Shown here piece after piece: positions 58,759-64,000 of a DNA stretch of 64,000 nucleotides. The notes under the pieces are model-generated. The model did no database searches. It worked only from the letters and a program-made list of their open reading frames with translations, and was not told the origin of the DNA. This DNA comes from an uncultured Vicinamibacterales bacterium (lineage in GTDB: Bacteria > Acidobacteriota > Vicinamibacteria > Vicinamibacterales > JAKQTR01). Within the stretch, counting starts at the first letter, position 1, and every line of letters begins with the position of its first letter. The stretch spans positions 1,024 to 65,023 of the forward strand of contig CAYNDV010000006.1 in NCBI GenBank assembly GCA_964396055.1. The letters run 5' to 3'. Both the position numbers and the translations under genes were made by a program.

Positions 58759-58793
58759 GGGGCATGGGGCGTGGGGCATGGGACGTGGCGACG
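58759..58793. repeat. STRR-like heptamers (GGGGCAT/GGGGCGT)
   Basis: GGGGCAT GGGGCGT GGGGCAT GGGACGT GGCGACG in the sucD / korA spacer, followed by hairpin ACGACGC-AAC-GCGTCGT. Confidence 0.75.
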
Positions 58794-58849
58794 ACGCAAC
58801 GCGTCGTGCGGGGCTCGAGCCCTGCCTGACCACGGCGGGGCTGGCCACG

Positions 58850-58867
58850 GCGGGGCTGAAGCCCCGC
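58850..58867. repeat. REP-like hairpin GCGGGGC-TGAA-GCCCCGC
   Basis: Same stem-loop design (7-bp GC stem, TGAA loop) as 38162, 53051 and others. Confidence 0.65.
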
Positions 58868-58989
58868 ACGACACCCCGCACGACCGGTCGGCACAACCGG
58901 GGGCTCGAGGCTCGGGACAAGCCGTACAGACGACGGGCGCGCGGTGACGGTCACTCCGCGCGCCCGGCCCAATCTCCAGCCCCTGGCCG

Positions 58990-59862
58990 CTAGCCCCTGA
59001 TGAGCTCCACCATCGCCCGACCCATGTCGGCCGGGCTCTTCACGACGCGGACGCCCGCCGCCGTGAGGGCCGCCATCTTCTCGGCCGCAGTCCCCTTGCC
59101 GCCGGCGATGATCGCGCCGGCGTGGCCCATCCGGCGCCCCGGCGGCGCGGTCTGGCCGCAGATGAAGCTGACCACCGGCTTGGTGACGTGCTGCGTGATG
59201 AAGGCCGCCGCTTCCTCCTCGGCCGTGCCGCCGATCTCGCCGATCATCACGATCGCCTCGGTGTCGGGATCGGCCTGGAAGAGCGTCAGCGCGTCGATGA
59301 AGTTCGTGCCGTTGATCGGATCGCCGCCGATGCCGATGCACGTCGACTGGCCGTAGCCCAGCATGGTGAGCTGGTGAATCGCCTCGTAGGTGAGCGTGCC
59401 GCTGCGCGACACGATGCCGATCGACCCTTCCCGGCAGATGTGGCCCGGGATGATGCCGGCCTTGGCCTTGCCCGGCGAAATCAGGCCCGGGCAGTTCGGC
59501 CCGACCAGGCGCGTCGGCTTGTCCTTGAGGACCGACGCCACCTTCATCATGTCCAGCGTCGGGATGCCTTCGGTGATGCACACCGCCAGGGCGAGGCCGG
59601 CGTCGGCCGCCTCGAGGATGGCGTCGGCCGAGAAGGCCGGCGGCACGAAGATGACGGTGGCGTTGGCGCCCGTCGTCTCGACGGCCTCGGCCACGGTGTT
59701 GAAGATCGGCCAGCCCTCGTGGGTCGTGCCGCCCTTGCCCGGCGAGACGCCACCCACGACGGTGGTGCCGTACGCGGCGGCCTGCTTCGCGTGGAACGTG
59801 CCTTCGCGCCCGGTGAGGCCCTGCACCAGCAGGCGTGTCGACTTGTCAATCAGGACTGCCAT
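58990..59862 (-). CDS. sucD: succinate--CoA ligase subunit alpha
   Basis: 290 aa; [27 protein letters not shown] (phosphohistidine loop). Confidence 0.96.
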   Translation of the reverse strand: MAVLIDKSTRLLVQGLTGREGTFHAKQAAAYGTTVVGGVSPGKGGTTHEGWPIFNTVAEAVETTGANATVIFVPPAFSADAILEAADAGLALAVCITEGIPTLDMMKVASVLKDKPTRLVGPNCPGLISPGKAKAGIIPGHICREGSIGIVSRSGTLTYEAIHQLTMLGYGQSTCIGIGGDPINGTNFIDALTLFQADPDTEAIVMIGEIGGTAEEEAAAFITQHVTKPVVSFICGQTAPPGRRMGHAGAIIAGGKGTAAEKMAALTAAGVRVVKSPADMGRAMVELIRG

Positions 59863-59872
59863 GATGCCCCCC

Positions 59873-61033
<1,161 letters not shown>

Positions 61034-61241
61034 GGGTAGTCGGTGTGGGGGGCCCTCGTGTGAGGAACGCCGCGGTGCGGAGGGGCCCGCCGTTGCACCC
61101 CGCCCCGGCGCTTGGGGACCAAGCAACGTTGGCATGCTATCGGCCGCCGCCCGGCCCGTCAAGCGATCCCGCCACGCCGGGCTTCGCCGGGCGTCGCGGG
61201 TCGCGCCGGGCTGGGGTAAAGTGGAGGGGATCGACCGAGCC

Positions 61242-62315
61242 ATGTTCCGACCGACCGACGACCTCCGCATCCGAGACGTGCGGCCCCTGATGCCGCCCGC
61301 CATCCTGATCGACGAACTGCCGATCACCGAGCGCGCCTCGAACACCGTGGCCGATGCCCGCGCCACCCTCACGGCCGTCGTCCACGGCCGCGACAGCCGC
61401 CTGGCCGTCGTCGTCGGCCCCTGCTCGATCCACGATCCGGCAGCGGCCCTGGCCTACGCCGACCGGCTCGCGCCCCTGGCCCGCCGCTACGCCGACGACC
61501 TGCTGCTGCTGATGCGGTGCTACTTCGAGAAGCCGCGGACCGTGGCGGGCTGGAAGGGGCTGATCAACGACCCGGACCTCGACGAGAGCTACCAGATCAA
61601 CAAGGGCCTGCGCCTGGCGCGCCGGCTCCTGCTGGACATCAACGAACGGGGCCTGCCGACGGCGTGCGAGTTTCTCGATACGCAGATCCCGCAGCACATC
61701 GCCGACCTGACCTCGGCCGGCGCCATCGGCGCCCGGACCACCGAGAGCCAGGTGCACCGCGAACTGGCGTCGGGCCTCTCGATGCCGGTCGGGTTCAAGA
61801 ACGGCACCACGGGCAACGTGCAGATCGCCGTCGACGCCGTGCTGACGGCCCGGCGCCCCCACTGGTTCGCTGGCGTGACGAAGCAGGGCGTCGCGGCCAT
61901 CCTGCAGACGACGGGCAACGACGCGTGTTACGTGATCCTGCGGGGCGGCAGCCGATCGGGCCCGAACTACCAGGCGGCAGACGTCATCGACGTCTGCGCG
62001 CGGCTGGCCAACGCCGGGTTGCCGGAGCGCGTGATGATCGACTGCTCGCACGGCAACAGCGGCAAGGATCCCCGCCGCCAGGCGGAGGTGGCCGCGGACG
62101 TCGCCGCCCAGGTGGCCGACGGGTCGTACCACATCCTCGGCGTGATGATCGAAAGTCACCTCGTGGAAGGGCGCCAGGACCTGAAGCCGGGCCAGCCCCT
62201 GGTCTACGGCCAGAGCATCACGGACGCGTGCCTGTCGTTCGACCGCACGGCGCCGCTCATCGACGCGCTCGCGCGGGCGGTCGCGCGCCGCCGGCGGTGC
62301 ATCCGCACGGCCTGA
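61242..62315 (+). CDS. aroG: 3-deoxy-7-phosphoheptulonate (DAHP) synthase, class I
   Basis: 357 aa from ATG 61242 (GGAGGGG upstream); [48 protein letters not shown]; isozyme assignment not possible. Confidence 0.9.
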   Translation: MFRPTDDLRIRDVRPLMPPAILIDELPITERASNTVADARATLTAVVHGRDSRLAVVVGPCSIHDPAAALAYADRLAPLARRYADDLLLLMRCYFEKPRTVAGWKGLINDPDLDESYQINKGLRLARRLLLDINERGLPTACEFLDTQIPQHIADLTSAGAIGARTTESQVHRELASGLSMPVGFKNGTTGNVQIAVDAVLTARRPHWFAGVTKQGVAAILQTTGNDACYVILRGGSRSGPNYQAADVIDVCARLANAGLPERVMIDCSHGNSGKDPRRQAEVAADVAAQVADGSYHILGVMIESHLVEGRQDLKPGQPLVYGQSITDACLSFDRTAPLIDALARAVARRRRCIRTA

Positions 62316-62351
62316 TCACCGGTGACGCCCGCACGGCACGCACATCACGGG

Positions 62352-62380
62352 TTGCGTCACACCGGCGCCGCACATACAAT
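62352..62380 (+). promoter_or_regulatory. candidate sigma70-type promoter for sdhCA (TTGCGT-17 nt-TACAAT)
   Basis: Hexamers read directly; inverted repeat GTGACGC (62322-62328) / GCGTCAC (62354-62360) overlaps the -35. Confidence 0.35.
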
Positions 62381-62463
62381 CCCTGCAGGACTTCCCCTGC
62401 CACTCGCGCAGCAGTCCCCCCTTTCCACGCACCGGGCGCCCGCGGTCCGGGTTGGAGAATGAC

Positions 62464-63138
62464 ATGGCACCGCGCAGGTTGACGCTGTTCTCGACCGTTG
62501 CCACGAAGTTCCTCATCGCGTTGACCGGGCTGAGTCTCGTCGGGTTCCTCTGTGTGCACCTCCTCGGGAACCTGATGCTCTACGTCGGCCCGGAGACCTT
62601 CAACGCCTACTCCCACGCCCTCATCTCGAATCCCCTGGTCATCCCCGCCGAGATCGGCCTCGTGGCCCTGTTCCTGATCCACATCTTCGAGGCCGTGACG
62701 ATGTGGTTCGGCAACCGGACCGCGCGCCCGGTGGCGTACGAGCACAAGCGGGGGGCCGGGGGCACCAGCCGCAAGTCGGTGGCCTCGAGCACCATGATCT
62801 GGACCGGCTCGATCACCGCCGTCTTCCTGGTCGTCCACGTGGCGACGATGAAGTACGGCGCGTGGTACACCGTCCCGGACAGCGAAGTCCGGGACCTGTA
62901 CCGGCTGGTCGTCGAGACCTTCCAGAGCCCGCTGTGGACCGCGTTCTACGCGTTCTGCATGATGGTGGTGGGCTTCCACCTGTGGCATGGCTTCGCGAGC
63001 GCGTTCGAGTCGCTGGGCCTGAATCATCCGAACCTGACGCCGAAGGTGCTGCGGGCGGGCAAGGTGCTCGCCACGGTTCTCGGCATCGGGTTCCTGTCCA
63101 TTCCACTCTGGCTGTTCTTCCTCGGGGGCCGATCATGA
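62464..63138 (+). CDS. sdhC: succinate dehydrogenase/fumarate reductase cytochrome b subunit (b558 type)
   Basis: Start set to ATG 62464 (GGAG 6 nt upstream; frame open from TTG 62452); five TM helices, [24 protein letters not shown] with heme-ligand His residues. Confidence 0.85.
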   Translation: MAPRRLTLFSTVATKFLIALTGLSLVGFLCVHLLGNLMLYVGPETFNAYSHALISNPLVIPAEIGLVALFLIHIFEAVTMWFGNRTARPVAYEHKRGAGGTSRKSVASSTMIWTGSITAVFLVVHVATMKYGAWYTVPDSEVRDLYRLVVETFQSPLWTAFYAFCMMVVGFHLWHGFASAFESLGLNHPNLTPKVLRAGKVLATVLGIGFLSIPLWLFFLGGRS

Positions 63139-64000
63139 GCGGCGCACCACACCTCGCCCCGGCCGGCACACGCCAGCTCGACGCGAAGATCCCGTCGGGC
63201 CCCATGCCGGACAAATGGGACCGGTACCGCTTCGACGCGAAGCTCGTGAACCCGGCCAACCGCCGGAAGTTCACGGTGATCGTCGTGGGCACGGGCCTGG
63301 CCGGCGGCGCCGCCGCCGCCACGCTCGGCGAGGCGGGCTACCAGGTCCTGAACTTCTGCATCCAGGACAGCCCGCGCCGCGCCCACAGCATTGCGGCCCA
63401 GGGCGGCATCAACGCCGCCAAGAACTACCGGAACGACGGCGACAGCGTCACGCGCCTGTTCTACGACACGGTGAAGGGCGGCGACTACCGGGCCCGCGAG
63501 GCGAACGTGCACCGCCTGGCCGAGGTGAGCGTCAGCATCATCGACCAGTGCGTGGCCCAGGGCGTGCCCTTCGCGCGCGAGTACGGCGGGATGCTGGACA
63601 ATCGCTCCTTCGGTGGCGCCCAGGTGTCGCGCACGTTCTACGCGCGCGGCCAGACGGGCCAGCAACTCCTGCTCGGCGCGTACCAGGCCCTGATGCGGCA
63701 GGTGGAAGCCGGCACGGTGAAGCTGCTGCCCCGCTACGAGATGCTCGACCTCGTGGTGGTGGACGGCCGGGCGCGGGGCATCATCGCGCGCAACCTCATC
63801 ACGGGCGCCATCGAGCGGTTCGCGGCCCACGCGGTCCTGCTGGCCACGGGCGGGTACGGCAACGCGTACTTCCTCTCCACGAACGCCGTGAACTCCAACG
63901 CCACGGCCATCTGGCGCGCCTACAAGCGCGGGGCCCTGTTCGCGAACCCGTGCTTCACCCAGATCCACCCGACCTGCATTCCCGTGTCGGGCGACCACCA
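63135..64000 (+). CDS. sdhA: succinate dehydrogenase/fumarate reductase flavoprotein subunit, N-terminal part (continues past window)
   Basis: Hand translation from ATG 63135 (ATGA overlap with the sdhC stop): ...[26 protein letters not shown] (FAD dinucleotide fold) ...[17 protein letters not shown] (covalent-FAD His region); not in the ORF track because it runs off the window. Confidence 0.9.
   Translation, partial: MSGAPHLAPAGTRQLDAKIPSGPMPDKWDRYRFDAKLVNPANRRKFTVIVVGTGLAGGAAAATLGEAGYQVLNFCIQDSPRRAHSIAAQGGINAAKNYRNDGDSVTRLFYDTVKGGDYRAREANVHRLAEVSVSIIDQCVAQGVPFAREYGGMLDNRSFGGAQVSRTFYARGQTGQQLLLGAYQALMRQVEAGTVKLLPRYEMLDLVVVDGRARGIIARNLITGAIERFAAHAVLLATGGYGNAYFLSTNAVNSNATAIWRAYKRGALFANPCFTQIHPTCIPVSGDH

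Noticed and set aside
61120-61145. TTGGCATGCTATCGG as a sigma54 (-24/-12) promoter in the sucC / aroG divergent region
   Set aside because: It has the TGGCA part, but no TTGC/TGC element at the required 4-5 nt spacing.

Overview
This is a high-GC (about 70%) bacterial chromosomal window. It is probably an Acidobacteria-like genome, inferred from a VWFA-related protein of the acidobacterial type and overall gene content. I could not run any searches, so all functional calls rest on motifs read from the supplied translations.

The window is densely packed, and most of its roughly 69 protein genes are core housekeeping:
- Sugar and nucleotide metabolism: rpe, an NDP-sugar pyrophosphorylase with a phosphomannomutase, hpt, upp, dcd, ndk.
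- Envelope: bamD, pgsA.
- DNA repair: uvrB, mutL, recO, rarA.
- Translation and RNA: glyQS, aspS, hisS, era, ybeY, phoH, greA, RluA-family and TrmH-family enzymes.
- A TCA-centred block: korAB, sucCD, sdhCA, ppdK, plus an orphan citryl-CoA-lyase-like gene.
- Two tRNAs, Gly-CCC and Val-CAC.

Two stretches look accessory. At 23.6-31.2 kb and 34-38 kb there are DUF proteins, methyltransferases, a serine hydrolase, a DinB protein, a membrane PDZ-GAF-PP2C phosphatase and one gene remnant.

I found no integrase, transposase, CRISPR array, toxin-antitoxin pair, restriction system or other recognisable defence or mobile module, and no rRNA.

The unusual signal is non-coding:
1. At least ten intergenic tracts are tandem heptamers (sometimes octamers or 42-mers built of heptamers). 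They usually start at or just after stop codons, and a few unit families recur at distant loci. This resembles the STRR heptamer repeats of heterocystous cyanobacteria.
2. A family of REP-like GC hairpins carries CTTCAG/CTGAAG loops, including two identical 31-nt copies.

Other leads:
- A co-directional cluster (DUF2239, PDZ-GAF-PP2C phosphatase, two small membrane proteins, DinB) whose four downstream genes are translationally coupled, lying downstream of a perfect sigma70-type promoter in an AT-rich island.
- An orphan 66-codon Cys/His-containing ORF lying between an intrinsic terminator and a strong terminal hairpin.
- A Lys/Ala-rich histone-H1-like tail on PpdK.
- A patatin-like protein that lacks the nucleophile serine.
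- A RibD_C/DHFR-family gene remnant.

The many very long ORFs antisense to real genes are high-GC artefacts.
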